A stretch of DNA of 61,968 nucleotides, taken from the NCBI GenBank assembly GCA_023136245.1, contig JAGLRO010000003.1, forward strand, positions 1-61,968, read 5' to 3'. A program made the translations under genes and the position numbers. Source of the stretch: Candidatus Heimdallarchaeota archaeon (lineage in GTDB: Archaea; Asgardarchaeota; Heimdallarchaeia; Heimdallarchaeales; Heimdallarchaeaceae). The notes under the pieces are model-generated. The model was not told where the DNA came from. It worked only from the letters and a program-made list of their open reading frames with translations, and made no database searches. Position 1 is the stretch's first letter. Every line of letters starts with the position of its first letter. Shown piece by piece: positions 35,840 through 45,209 of this stretch.

Positions 35840-36496
35840 ATGGAACCTATTAAAACCTCCATTCTAGATGAAATTACAGAGAAACTCAAAAGCAATTTAG
35901 ATGCTTCATTTTGGAAAGGCAGGGGGAACAGAGAAATGTTTAGAGAAACTGTAAAAAATCTTGTTGCTTCTGAAATACTCTCGAAAGACGAATATAATTA
36001 TCTTCTGAAGAATGAAAGAAGAGTATTGGTTAAAACACAATTGCTCCATTTGATACCTGAATTACAATCACAAGAAGTAATAGAAAATACTGTAAGACAT
36101 CTTTCAAGTGTAATTTTGGAGAAAAAATACAAGGAGGCAGAAACAAAACGCGAAGACATTGAGAGACAGATTATTAATCAAATCTCTAGTCATCTAAACT
36201 CGACATTTCATCCAAAAATCATTACAGTAAAGGATGCTTTCAGTCATATGGAGCAGTTAATTGATGAGAGTTCTGATGTTTCTAAAGAATTATTAAAGAT
36301 ATCTAATCAATTAATTGTGATAAGAGATAGCCTTCTTGAAAAAGGACACAGCTCCTTGTTATTACATGAAATTGAAAGGCTTTCAACAAAATTAGTTTTT
36401 GCTGCAAAAAGTAACAATCCAGAAGATATTCCTTCTAGAGAAGAAATTTTGAATTGGATCAATGAAGTTAAGAAGAATTCTGGTGTGGTTTTATAA
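35840..36496 (+). CDS. hypothetical helical protein
   Basis: 218-aa ORF with clean intergenic flanks. I recognise no motif. Confidence 0.4.
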   Translation: MEPIKTSILDEITEKLKSNLDASFWKGRGNREMFRETVKNLVASEILSKDEYNYLLKNERRVLVKTQLLHLIPELQSQEVIENTVRHLSSVILEKKYKEAETKREDIERQIINQISSHLNSTFHPKIITVKDAFSHMEQLIDESSDVSKELLKISNQLIVIRDSLLEKGHSSLLLHEIERLSTKLVFAAKSNNPEDIPSREEILNWINEVKKNSGVVL

Positions 36497-36617
36497 TAAG
36501 AATTAAAGTTATGTGATACTTCCATTAACTTTTTTCTGAAAACATTGGAATAGTAATAAATTTATAATCTATTTTAGGTTTATCTGTGAAAAGACTAATT
36601 ATTGGAGAGCTGATTAT

Positions 36618-37787
36618 ATGATTTTACACAAAATTATTGCATCTGAATCAGTAACCGAAGGTCATCCTGATAAAATCTGCGATCAAATTTCTGATGCGAT
36701 TTTAGATGCTATTCTTGAAAAGGATCCTGAAGCACATGTTGCATGTGAATGTTTTGTAACTACTGGGCTTGTTCTCATTGGAGGAGAAATAACAACTACT
36801 AAATTAATCAACATAGATTATGATAAAATAGTTAGAAGTACAATCAAAGAAATAGGTTATGATGACTCAAGAATTGGATTTGATTATAGAGGATGTGCTA
36901 TTATAAATACCATTCACTCGCAATCTACAGACATTGCACAAGGTATAGAAAAAGGTGAAAGAGAGGAGCAAGGAGCAGGTGATCAAGGAATCATGTATGG
37001 TTTTGCTACAAATGAATCACCAGAATTCATGCCCTTACCTATAGTTTTAGCACACAAATTAACAATGAAACTCGCAGAAGTTCGTAAAAAAGGCATTTTA
37101 CCATTTCTTAGACCTGATGGAAAATCTCTAGTAGCAGTAGAGTATAGAGATGAAAAACCATTTCGAATAGAAGCAGTTGTTATTGCAGCTCAGCATAAAA
37201 AAGAAGCAACCAATAGTGAAATAACTGAAGGAATTCGAACTGAAGTTATAAATGCAGTCATTCCCTCGAATCTTGTTGATGAGAATACTAAAATAATTAT
37301 AAATCGAACTGGACGTTTTGTTATAGGTGGACCACATGGAGATGCAGGACTTACAGGAAGAAAAATCATAGTAGACACTTATGGTGGTGTTGATTCTCAT
37401 GGTGGAGGGGCTTTTTCTGGTAAAGACCCATCAAAAGTAGATCGTTCTGCATCCTATGCTGCTCGTTATGCTGCAAAAAATGTCGTTGCTGCAGGATTAG
37501 CTGATAAATGTGAAATACAAGTATCATATGCAATAGGGGAACCAAAACCTCTAGCAGTGAATGTTGAATGTTTTGGAACAGAGAAGTTAGACATTGTAAA
37601 ACTACAAAAAGCAGTACTGCAAGTTTTTGACTTTAGACCTGGTAACATCATAGAATATCTTGATTTAAAAAGACCAATCTATAAGAAAACTTCTTGTTAT
37701 GGACATTTTGGAAGAGAACTACCTGAATTTACATGGGAAAGAATTGATAAAATAGATTCCCTTAGAAAAAAAATCGAAGAATTGTAA
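36618..37787 (+). CDS. metK: S-adenosylmethionine synthetase, bacterial/eukaryotic MetK type
   Basis: [56 protein letters not shown] and [17 protein letters not shown] are the classical MetK signatures. Confidence 0.95.
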   Translation: MILHKIIASESVTEGHPDKICDQISDAILDAILEKDPEAHVACECFVTTGLVLIGGEITTTKLINIDYDKIVRSTIKEIGYDDSRIGFDYRGCAIINTIHSQSTDIAQGIEKGEREEQGAGDQGIMYGFATNESPEFMPLPIVLAHKLTMKLAEVRKKGILPFLRPDGKSLVAVEYRDEKPFRIEAVVIAAQHKKEATNSEITEGIRTEVINAVIPSNLVDENTKIIINRTGRFVIGGPHGDAGLTGRKIIVDTYGGVDSHGGGAFSGKDPSKVDRSASYAARYAAKNVVAAGLADKCEIQVSYAIGEPKPLAVNVECFGTEKLDIVKLQKAVLQVFDFRPGNIIEYLDLKRPIYKKTSCYGHFGRELPEFTWERIDKIDSLRKKIEEL

Positions 37788-37848
37788 TCTTTTTTCAACT
37801 CTTTTTCACAAACATTTTTTTAATGCTATTTCAATATTATTTGAAAAT

Positions 37849-38499
37849 ATGTCAAACTATGATAAATCTGAAACCAGAAAAGAAATTCAGAAAATCTTGG
37901 TGGAAGAAAAACCTAAAACAGTTAGAGAACTCGTAAAGAAGACTGTGGTAACTACAGGTAAAGAGAAGGAAGAAATATATCAAATAGTCAAAAAACTGGA
38001 AAAAGAGAGAATAATAAAATTAGGATCACAAAAAGTAGACAGAACCTTACCTACCTCAATTTCCGAATACCTTTTCAAAATTCACTTTTTCTCAATAGAA
38101 TTTTGGAGTATTCTTTTACTGACCTGTATCTTTTTTCCTATTATAATTTTAATTAATCCTGAATCACCATTCCTATTTCTAAGAGTAATTTGGGGATTAC
38201 TTTTCGGATTATTTATACCTGGATGGACTATAACCAATTTGATATTTCCAAAGGTTTTTGAGTTAATTGATCAATTTGAACGAGCGTTGATAGCAATCGG
38301 TGTAAATATTGGAATTTCGATTTTTACTGGTTTAATTCTAAACAACGTATGGATAATAGATTCTATTCCCTTCACAATTACAATTGGGATTCTTACATTT
38401 GTTATATTGATTCTATCGGTAATTTTACGAATCCTTATTGGATCAAATAAAATACAATTCAAAATGCCTAAGATTAAATTGTTCAAGAAAAAAAAGTGA
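37849..38499 (+). CDS. membrane protein with an N-terminal wHTH-like domain (resembles the N-terminal part of DUF1616)
   Basis: A soluble, helical N-terminal domain of about 60 aa (VRELVKK...IYQIVKKLEKERIIKL), followed by 4-5 TM helices. Confidence 0.45.
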   Translation: MSNYDKSETRKEIQKILVEEKPKTVRELVKKTVVTTGKEKEEIYQIVKKLEKERIIKLGSQKVDRTLPTSISEYLFKIHFFSIEFWSILLLTCIFFPIIILINPESPFLFLRVIWGLLFGLFIPGWTITNLIFPKVFELIDQFERALIAIGVNIGISIFTGLILNNVWIIDSIPFTITIGILTFVILILSVILRILIGSNKIQFKMPKIKLFKKKK

Positions 38500-38504
38500 A
38501 GTAA

Positions 38505-39041
38505 ATGCATATAAATCACAAAAGCTGGAAAATAATCCTGAAAATAGCAATTAGTATCTTTCTATTTTTACAAATCTCTACCTCTCTCGCTCAAACTGAA
38601 AATGATGCAATGCTCGCTATTCAACAAGCAGAAGAAAGACTAATTGATGTGATTATATTATTAGAGGGAATATCAGAAACAAGTATTGATACAAGAGATT
38701 TAGTCGTAGAAGCAGATTCATTGCGATTATTAATTTATCAAGCAAATAAAAAACTCGAAGAGGGAGATTACGAACAAGCATATCAAACAGCAAATGATGC
38801 CAAAGAACAACTTGATTCATTACTGAATCTAATAAATCAAAGAATAAGTGGAAATAAGCAAAGATCAAGAGTTCTATATTCAGTTCTGGGATTTCTAGCA
38901 GCAGCTTTTACACTTGCTTTTGTTATTCTATTCTTGAGGAGAATCTATCCCTGGTTTAAAACAAAACAGCTTGAAGAATATGGGAATTTGGAAATAAAGT
39001 ACGAACAAGAAAGTGAGGAGATTACACATGGTAAAAACTAA
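38505..39041 (+). CDS. secreted/anchored coiled-coil protein (hypothetical)
   Basis: Signal peptide (ISIFLFLQISTSLAQ), a helical middle and a C-terminal TM helix (VLGFLAAAFTLAFVILFL) with an acidic tail. Confidence 0.45.
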   Translation: MHINHKSWKIILKIAISIFLFLQISTSLAQTENDAMLAIQQAEERLIDVIILLEGISETSIDTRDLVVEADSLRLLIYQANKKLEEGDYEQAYQTANDAKEQLDSLLNLINQRISGNKQRSRVLYSVLGFLAAAFTLAFVILFLRRIYPWFKTKQLEEYGNLEIKYEQESEEITHGKN

Positions 39042-39042
39042 T

Positions 39043-39669
39043 ATGAAAATCCCACGTGGAAAAAAGAAACGTCAATTTCCCCTAAAAATAAACAAAGAGA
39101 GATTATATGGACCAATTATTATCCTCATCATAGTTGTATCGATTATTACTATAATCTCACTCACATTCTTTCCTTCTTCGCAAGAAGGATTCTCTGAGTT
39201 AACTCTACTAACATATAATTCCAGTGAAGATACTTATGAAGCAGAAAATTATCCATTTTTCATTTATAGACTCAGAAATATTTCTATCCATTTTATTGCA
39301 AAGAATTTTGAAAACAAAGTAACCTATTATCAACTTCAAATTAAAGCTACTAAATTAACTCAAAATCTCAGCACATTATCACCTCTTTCAACTGGTTATT
39401 ATTATTCTATGTATTCAAATAATACTTATGAAAAAATATTATCACCTGCAACAAATACTGAAAAGAAAGAATCTGAAGAAATTGATAGTCATTACATTTG
39501 GAGTCCAACAGTTGTTATACTGTATCTTAATGCTTTTATTGATTTGATGCTGGATGGTGAAAGTGAATTAAAAATTGTATTTGAGTTATGGAAGTTTAAT
39601 ACACAAAGCAATGAATTCCAATATTCTGGTGTGTTCACATTCTTAGAATTAGATATAAGATGGAGCTAA
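39043..39669 (+). CDS. single-TM protein resembling the extracellular C-terminal part of DUF1616
   Basis: ATG at 39043 follows the previous stop directly. After the TM helix, FSELTLLTYNSSEDTYEAENYPF...IAKNFENKVTYYQLQIKA resembles the FTEFY...YP...NHE...Y pattern of DUF1616. Confidence 0.4.
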   Translation: MKIPRGKKKRQFPLKINKERLYGPIIILIIVVSIITIISLTFFPSSQEGFSELTLLTYNSSEDTYEAENYPFFIYRLRNISIHFIAKNFENKVTYYQLQIKATKLTQNLSTLSPLSTGYYYSMYSNNTYEKILSPATNTEKKESEEIDSHYIWSPTVVILYLNAFIDLMLDGESELKIVFELWKFNTQSNEFQYSGVFTFLELDIRWS

Positions 39670-39686
39670 AGTTAATGGAATTAAAA

Positions 39687-40322
39687 ATGCTCGTTATAGC
39701 AGATATCCATAATCAAAAAATTACGTTGAAAAATATTGTTGATACAGTTAACAATTTTGAAGCTCCACCAACTCTGTGCTTAGTGGCAGGAGACATTACT
39801 AATTTTGGTTCAGTTAATGATCTTAATACAATGTTACATATAGTTACAAGTAATTTCCAAAATACTCTGTTTGTGATTGGAAATTGTGATCCTTATTTTG
39901 AGTTAGATGAGTTAACTTCTTCAGCTAAATTCATAGAAGCTAAACCACATAAAACTAGTTTTTTCACAACAATAGGGTTTGGTAGAAATAATCCTCAAAT
40001 CAAAAAAAGAATCTTCAGAAAATTAGAAAAAAAGAATGAAAAAGTATGCTTACTTACACACACACCTCCCTTTGGAACAACAGCTGATAGGGTTTCAATA
40101 GATAAACATGCGGGTTCAAAAGAAATACGAAACACAATTGAGAGATTTTCAAATATATTTATGGCTATTTCAGGTCACGTACATGAATCTTCAACTATTT
40201 CATCATTAAACGGTTGCACTGTTGTGAATCCTGGACCAATAACAAGAGGGAATTTTGCAATATTAAATGTTAAACGAAATTTCCAAGTGGATGGAACAAT
40301 ATATAATATAAACGAAATGTGA
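39687..40322 (+). CDS. metallophosphoesterase (calcineurin-like)
   Basis: VIADIHN, AGDITNFG, GNCD, LTHTPP and GHVHES form the ordered metallophosphoesterase motif set. ATG 39687 gives the typical start. Confidence 0.8.
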   Translation: MLVIADIHNQKITLKNIVDTVNNFEAPPTLCLVAGDITNFGSVNDLNTMLHIVTSNFQNTLFVIGNCDPYFELDELTSSAKFIEAKPHKTSFFTTIGFGRNNPQIKKRIFRKLEKKNEKVCLLTHTPPFGTTADRVSIDKHAGSKEIRNTIERFSNIFMAISGHVHESSTISSLNGCTVVNPGPITRGNFAILNVKRNFQVDGTIYNINEM

Positions 40323-40328
40323 AAATAA

Positions 40329-40994
40329 ATGAAAATTAATAAACAAAATTTAAGGTTTTTTAAAAATCTAACAGATTTCAATCATTTTATCATAAAAGTA
40401 CATGAGTTTGTTAGACAACAATTTCTCCAATATGAAAGCAAGAGCTCCCACTCATTAGAACATACTATTCGAGTTGCGAACTTGTGTTTGGAATTGGGGG
40501 TTCAGCTTGACGCTGCATTAGATGTTGTACTCACAGCTGCCTTGTTTCACGATGTAGGGAGACCTATTGAAGAACTAACAGGAAAATGTCATGCTGAAAT
40601 AAGTGCTGAGATAGCTAGAGAATTTTTAGAACGAGAATTGAGAAGTGAATTAATATCCGATGTAGGTGATGCTATCAATTCTCATCGATTCAGCAAAAAA
40701 ACTGAAGCAACAACCAAGGAAAGTAGAATTCTAAAGGATGCTGATGCAATAGATGCATTAGGTGCTGTGGGTATTTATAGAACAATCAGTTATAGTGCTG
40801 AAAAAGGTTTAAATCTAGAAGAAGCACGAAAGCATTTTGATGCTAAACTACTAAAATTACCATCATTAATGCATTTTCCCATAACAAAAGAAATTGCTGA
40901 AAGAGAATGTGAGATATTGTTGAAATTTGTCGAAGAATTAGACATTGGAATTTATCACTCCAAATTCGAATTATTTCTTGACAAACTAGTATGA
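40329..40994 (+). CDS. HD-domain phosphohydrolase
   Basis: HSLEHTIRV...AALFHDVGRP and a later DADAIDALG. Confidence 0.8.
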   Translation: MKINKQNLRFFKNLTDFNHFIIKVHEFVRQQFLQYESKSSHSLEHTIRVANLCLELGVQLDAALDVVLTAALFHDVGRPIEELTGKCHAEISAEIAREFLERELRSELISDVGDAINSHRFSKKTEATTKESRILKDADAIDALGAVGIYRTISYSAEKGLNLEEARKHFDAKLLKLPSLMHFPITKEIAERECEILLKFVEELDIGIYHSKFELFLDKLV

Positions 40995-41078
40995 AAAAAT
41001 TGTAGTAGAAAAGCAGAATCTTATATACGATAATTTTATTACTTTTTACTTGACAGATATACTGCTAAGGTGATTTGA

Positions 41079-41777
41079 ATGTCTACTCTGCAATCAGGCG
41101 ACATGGTAAATATAAACTACACAGGAAGAACAAAAGAAGACAATAAGGTGTTTGATACGACTTTTGAAGATGTAGCAAAAAAAGAAGATATCTTTGATGA
41201 GAAAGTTATCTATCGACCTTTTACTCTGATAATCGGTAAAAATTGGTTACCTGAGGGACTTGAAGAAGAAATTATTGGAATGAAGGAAGGAGAGAAAAAA
41301 ACTATCGAGTTTGAAGCTAAGAAAGGATTCGGTTTGCGTGATAGATCAAAAATCAGATTGGTTCAACGAAGAGAATTTCAACGCCATCAGATAAAACCAA
41401 AAGAAGATATGAAAGTTGAAATTGGTGGACAAGAGGGCAGAATTCTGAAGGTATCCAGTAGTAGAGTTAAAGTAGATTTTAATCATGATTTAGCTGGATA
41501 TGACCTTAGTTATTATGTTGAAATAGAGAAAAAAATAACTGATATCAAAGAACAATTTATCTGCTTATTGGAAAAAAGGTTACCTGGAGTTGATTTTTCT
41601 TCAACAAAAATTGATTTGAAGGACAAAAGCATAGTTGTTGAATTACCAAATAATACACGTTTCATGGAATATATTCAATTCATCAGAAATGGTGTAACTA
41701 GGGATTTAAGTGAAATAACAACCAAATATGATAATGTAACTTTCATTGAGCATTATAAAATTGAGAAGAAAAAATAA
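41079..41777 (+). CDS. FKBP-type peptidyl-prolyl cis-trans isomerase (long archaeal type)
   Basis: GDMVNINYTGRTKEDNKVFDTT...LIIGKNWLPEGLEEEIIGMKEGEKKTIEF, then an insert-in-flap region and a C-terminal domain. Confidence 0.85.
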   Translation: MSTLQSGDMVNINYTGRTKEDNKVFDTTFEDVAKKEDIFDEKVIYRPFTLIIGKNWLPEGLEEEIIGMKEGEKKTIEFEAKKGFGLRDRSKIRLVQRREFQRHQIKPKEDMKVEIGGQEGRILKVSSSRVKVDFNHDLAGYDLSYYVEIEKKITDIKEQFICLLEKRLPGVDFSSTKIDLKDKSIVVELPNNTRFMEYIQFIRNGVTRDLSEITTKYDNVTFIEHYKIEKKK

Positions 41778-41793
41778 TCGAAATATTTAGAAT

Positions 41794-42234
41794 CTATTTA
41801 TCTGTAATTTTCTTGACTTCAGCTAGAACTAATTCCAAATTTAATGGACAATGAATTTTCCCTTTTAATTCCAAAACTTTAATCTTCGATTCCTTCTGGT
41901 AATTTGGATGAATACAGTATTCATAATTTTTACAAAGAATTTCATCACAATGTATTGGTGCTCTTTTCACAACAATATTTTCTAGAAATTTCTGATTTTC
42001 AACAGAAATAATGTTACCTGTTTCTTCTACATTGCAGACTAGCATTACCTGATTATCGATTAAGCACAAATGTTCAATATTTCTTACTTCAGTTACTACA
42101 TACGAAATATTACTTTCAAGAGAATCAACACAGACTTTATTTAGATTGCAATTTTCACAGACTTTCATTCCACCCAGATGTGTAAATTTATAGCCTACAG
42201 CTGCAATGTTTTTTTCAATTAAAGTAAGAACCAT
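41794..42234 (-). CDS. UPF0179-family cysteine-rich protein
   Basis: The MVLTLIEKNIAAVGYKF start, CENCNLNKVC, VRNIEHLC and CDEILCKNYEYC match the spacing I recall for archaeal UPF0179. Confidence 0.55.
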   Translation of the reverse strand: MVLTLIEKNIAAVGYKFTHLGGMKVCENCNLNKVCVDSLESNISYVVTEVRNIEHLCLIDNQVMLVCNVEETGNIISVENQKFLENIVVKRAPIHCDEILCKNYEYCIHPNYQKESKIKVLELKGKIHCPLNLELVLAEVKKITDK

Positions 42235-42282
42235 TTCGGGAAAATTATATTTACAGGCTTTTTTAATATTAGGAAATATGTC

Positions 42283-43353
42283 TTAGTCTATCACTCCAGT
42301 TTTTTCTGCAACTCTTACAGCAACTTCATGTGATAAACCATCTTTTCCTAATATCGTATACCTTTCAGGTCTTATTGAATGTGCAATTTCAAGTGCTTTT
42401 ATTATTTCATCATCCTTTATATCCAAATCTCTAGCTTTGGTTTTTAGTCCTATTTTTTCCATTGTACTTTTGATTTTTTCCCAATCAAGATCATGAAGAA
42501 AAGCCATTAATATTGAACCTACAGCACATTGTTCTCCATGCAAAGCTGGTTTCTCTGCAATTGAATCTAAAGCATGACTGAACATGTGCTCTGAACCACT
42601 TCCCGGTCTAGATGATCCTGCTACACACATAGCTAATGAGCTTCCTATAAGTGAATTCATAACGATCCTACTATATCCATCAGACTGATTCTTTATCAGA
42701 TCCGCATTTTTCGATACTAATTCCACAGTCATGTTAGCAAGAGCTATGGAAGTTGGTGAAATCATCTCATTCTTTAATCTGTGAGCAAGAAGCCAATCTT
42801 TGATTGAGGTTTTTTTTGCCAAGACATCGCCACAACCCGCACAAGTAAATCTATAAGGAGATTTATCCAAAATCGATGTATCAGCTACAACAGCTATAGG
42901 TGGTCTAGCTTGAATTGAATGTCTTTCATTAATTCCCTTCAAGGATGCTCTCGAACTAGCAATCCCATCATGACTCGCAATAGTGGGGATTGAAATGAAG
43001 CGTTGGTTTGCTTTATAAGAAGTCAATTTTGCTACATCAATTGGTTTTCCACCCCCTAATCCAATAACAAATTCTGCTTTAATTTCGTTTAGAAGATTTA
43101 GCTGTTTATCTACTTCAACTAAGGTACTATCTTCAATGGTAGATAGCTGAATTTCTTTAAAACCAGAATCTAACAAAATTTGTTCCACTTCTTTTGCATA
43201 TTTATCAAATACGAATGTGTCAGTAATAAGTAGACAACTTTTCCCTAAAGATAATTTTTCAATAATTTCAGGTAAACTTTGGAACATATTAGCCCCCAAG
43301 GACAGCATCTGGGGCATTTCTATATGCTTAAATTCATTTATTACATCTGTCAT
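42283..43353 (-). CDS. egsA: sn-glycerol-1-phosphate dehydrogenase (archaeal lipid backbone enzyme)
   Basis: Iron-ADH/DHQS-like fold with GLGGGKPIDVAK, SIPTIASHDGIAS and GSGSEHMFSHALD. The length is typical of EgsA. Confidence 0.8.
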   Translation of the reverse strand: MTDVINEFKHIEMPQMLSLGANMFQSLPEIIEKLSLGKSCLLITDTFVFDKYAKEVEQILLDSGFKEIQLSTIEDSTLVEVDKQLNLLNEIKAEFVIGLGGGKPIDVAKLTSYKANQRFISIPTIASHDGIASSRASLKGINERHSIQARPPIAVVADTSILDKSPYRFTCAGCGDVLAKKTSIKDWLLAHRLKNEMISPTSIALANMTVELVSKNADLIKNQSDGYSRIVMNSLIGSSLAMCVAGSSRPGSGSEHMFSHALDSIAEKPALHGEQCAVGSILMAFLHDLDWEKIKSTMEKIGLKTKARDLDIKDDEIIKALEIAHSIRPERYTILGKDGLSHEVAVRVAEKTGVID

Positions 43354-43541
43354 ATCTAGCTGAAACAGATATAGCTTATATTAAAGGAATTCTTCCTTTT
43401 CTCTTCATATAATTATCATAATGCATTCATACCTTGGTTTCCTAAGAAAAACTAATCTTTTTACTTTCTTTTTTTCAAAAAATCAAAATAAACATATTAA
43501 ACACAAAAATTATTATTTACTCACTTGAAAGCTAAGTAGTG

Positions 43542-44504
43542 ATGGAATCCACAGATAATACTCTTGACGTTTACGAATTAGGTAATAACCTAGGTTATCT
43601 AAATTACATGATTGAGCGTTTTGTGGAGATGATTGGAGAAGAAGAAACTGTAGACCTACTAAAGTACAATGAAAAAAAACTTTCTAAAACCATAAGATTG
43701 AATTCTTTGCGATCTCCATTTGAGAGAACAAAAGCACTGTTGAAGAAGAAAGGTGTTGTCCTAAGAAATATTGAATATTTACCTGAAGGAATTGAAATAA
43801 TCGAAAGTGATATCCCTATTGGAGCTACTCCTGAATATTTGAATGGTTATTATATACTCCAAGGGAAAAACTCTATGTATCCTTCGAAAATCCTGAACCC
43901 AAAAGAGGGAGAAGTTATAGGAGATTTAACTGCTGCTCCTGGTGGAAAAACAACTCACTTAGCTCAATTAATGAATAATAAAGGAAACATTATAGCCTTG
44001 GAAATCAGCGCAAATAGATGTAGAAGTTTGAAATCAAATCTAGCACGAATGGGGGTAATAAATACAATAGTGGTACAGATTGATTTAAGAGATGTTTGCA
44101 ATCTAGAATTAGAATTTGACAAAATTCTATTAGATGCCCCATGTTCTGGTTCAGGAATCATAGCATCTGATCCCACTCGGAAGAATTCTAAAAACTTGAG
44201 TGATATTAATAATCATCACAATTATCAAGTCGAGCTACTGAAAAAATCAGTTAAAGCTTTAAAGGAAAAAGGGGAGATTGTTTATTGTACATGTTCTCTC
44301 GAGCCAGAAGAGAATGAGCAAGTAATTTCAGAGGTTATAAAAGAATCGAACTTAAAACTGGTTGAGATTGGAAAACTAGGAGAACCAGCATTAGAACAAT
44401 TTCTTGATCAGAAGTTTCATCCTGATTTAATTAAAGCAAGAAGACTATATCCACATAAAACTTCAGGAGAAGGATTCTTTATAGCTAAAATGGTGAAGAA
44501 ATAA
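43542..44504 (+). CDS. NOL1/NOP2/Sun-family RNA m5C methyltransferase
   Basis: DLTAAPGGKTTHLAQLM SAM loop, DAPCSGSG and YCTCSLEPEENE catalytic cysteine motifs. Confidence 0.9.
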   Translation: MESTDNTLDVYELGNNLGYLNYMIERFVEMIGEEETVDLLKYNEKKLSKTIRLNSLRSPFERTKALLKKKGVVLRNIEYLPEGIEIIESDIPIGATPEYLNGYYILQGKNSMYPSKILNPKEGEVIGDLTAAPGGKTTHLAQLMNNKGNIIALEISANRCRSLKSNLARMGVINTIVVQIDLRDVCNLELEFDKILLDAPCSGSGIIASDPTRKNSKNLSDINNHHNYQVELLKKSVKALKEKGEIVYCTCSLEPEENEQVISEVIKESNLKLVEIGKLGEPALEQFLDQKFHPDLIKARRLYPHKTSGEGFFIAKMVKK

Positions 44505-45052
44505 TGATAGAAAATAAGCCTACTTTTCGAAAAATAAATGACGAAGAAAAAGAAATCGTTTCATTTTCTATCATGAATTCCTTTTATGATGAAGCTTTTG
44601 GAATATTGCGTAATTATGCTTTTTGGATAAAAGATGGTAAAATTCGTGAAGTGTTTGTCGTTCCTATAACCTCAGATAAAATACTTGAAAAATTACCCAA
44701 AACAGCTTATTTTGCAGGAATTCCTTTTGGTAGTTTATGGAAATCTGATTTTCAGTTAGAAATTGAAGGTTCAAAATTATTGGCTCCATTTTCGAAAAAA
44801 GTAATTCATGTTACAACAGATCAATTCCTTTATGGAAAACCAATCTTTGTTGAAAATATTGGAGAGATTACAGATGAATTTCGAAAAGGAGACACTTTAA
44901 TTGTTTTTGGAAGAAGCAATTTACATTATGGAATAGGACAAGCAGAGATAGATTCAACAGAAATATCTGCAGCAAAATCAAATACAGTTATTATAAAAGG
45001 TCATAAGAAAAGGCCTTTAGACAGAGGATGGTACTTAAGGGAAGGGGATTGA
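44504..45052 (+). CDS. PUA-domain RNA-binding protein, Nip7-like
   Basis: An N-terminal alpha/beta half and a C-terminal PUA-like half (GDTLIVFGRSNLHYGIGQAEI). Its start overlaps the stop of the Nop2/Sun gene. Confidence 0.5.
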   Translation: MIENKPTFRKINDEEKEIVSFSIMNSFYDEAFGILRNYAFWIKDGKIREVFVVPITSDKILEKLPKTAYFAGIPFGSLWKSDFQLEIEGSKLLAPFSKKVIHVTTDQFLYGKPIFVENIGEITDEFRKGDTLIVFGRSNLHYGIGQAEIDSTEISAAKSNTVIIKGHKKRPLDRGWYLREGD

Positions 45053-45209
45053 CAAAATTAATGAAACATTAATCTTTCCCAGTTAAAACGCCAGAAACTG
45101 GAATTTCGCTCTGTAAACAATAATAATCAAAAAGTATTTAAACTAAGTTTTGAGATTTATTTTAGTTTTAACTACTATTGTTTAGTTAAATTAGAACTTA
45201 TTCTAGAAT

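Noticed and set aside
36497-36617. Possible SAM riboswitch upstream of the bacterial-type metK
   Set aside because: The 121-nt leader is almost pure A/T. It has no GC-supported helices or kink-turn-like elements that a SAM-I/II/III aptamer would need. Only a GGAG ribosome-binding site is visible.
45079-45101. Hairpin CCAGTT-N11-AACTGG downstream of the PUA gene as a terminator
   Set aside because: The stem is only 6 bp, the loop is large, and no T tract follows. It is indistinguishable from chance.
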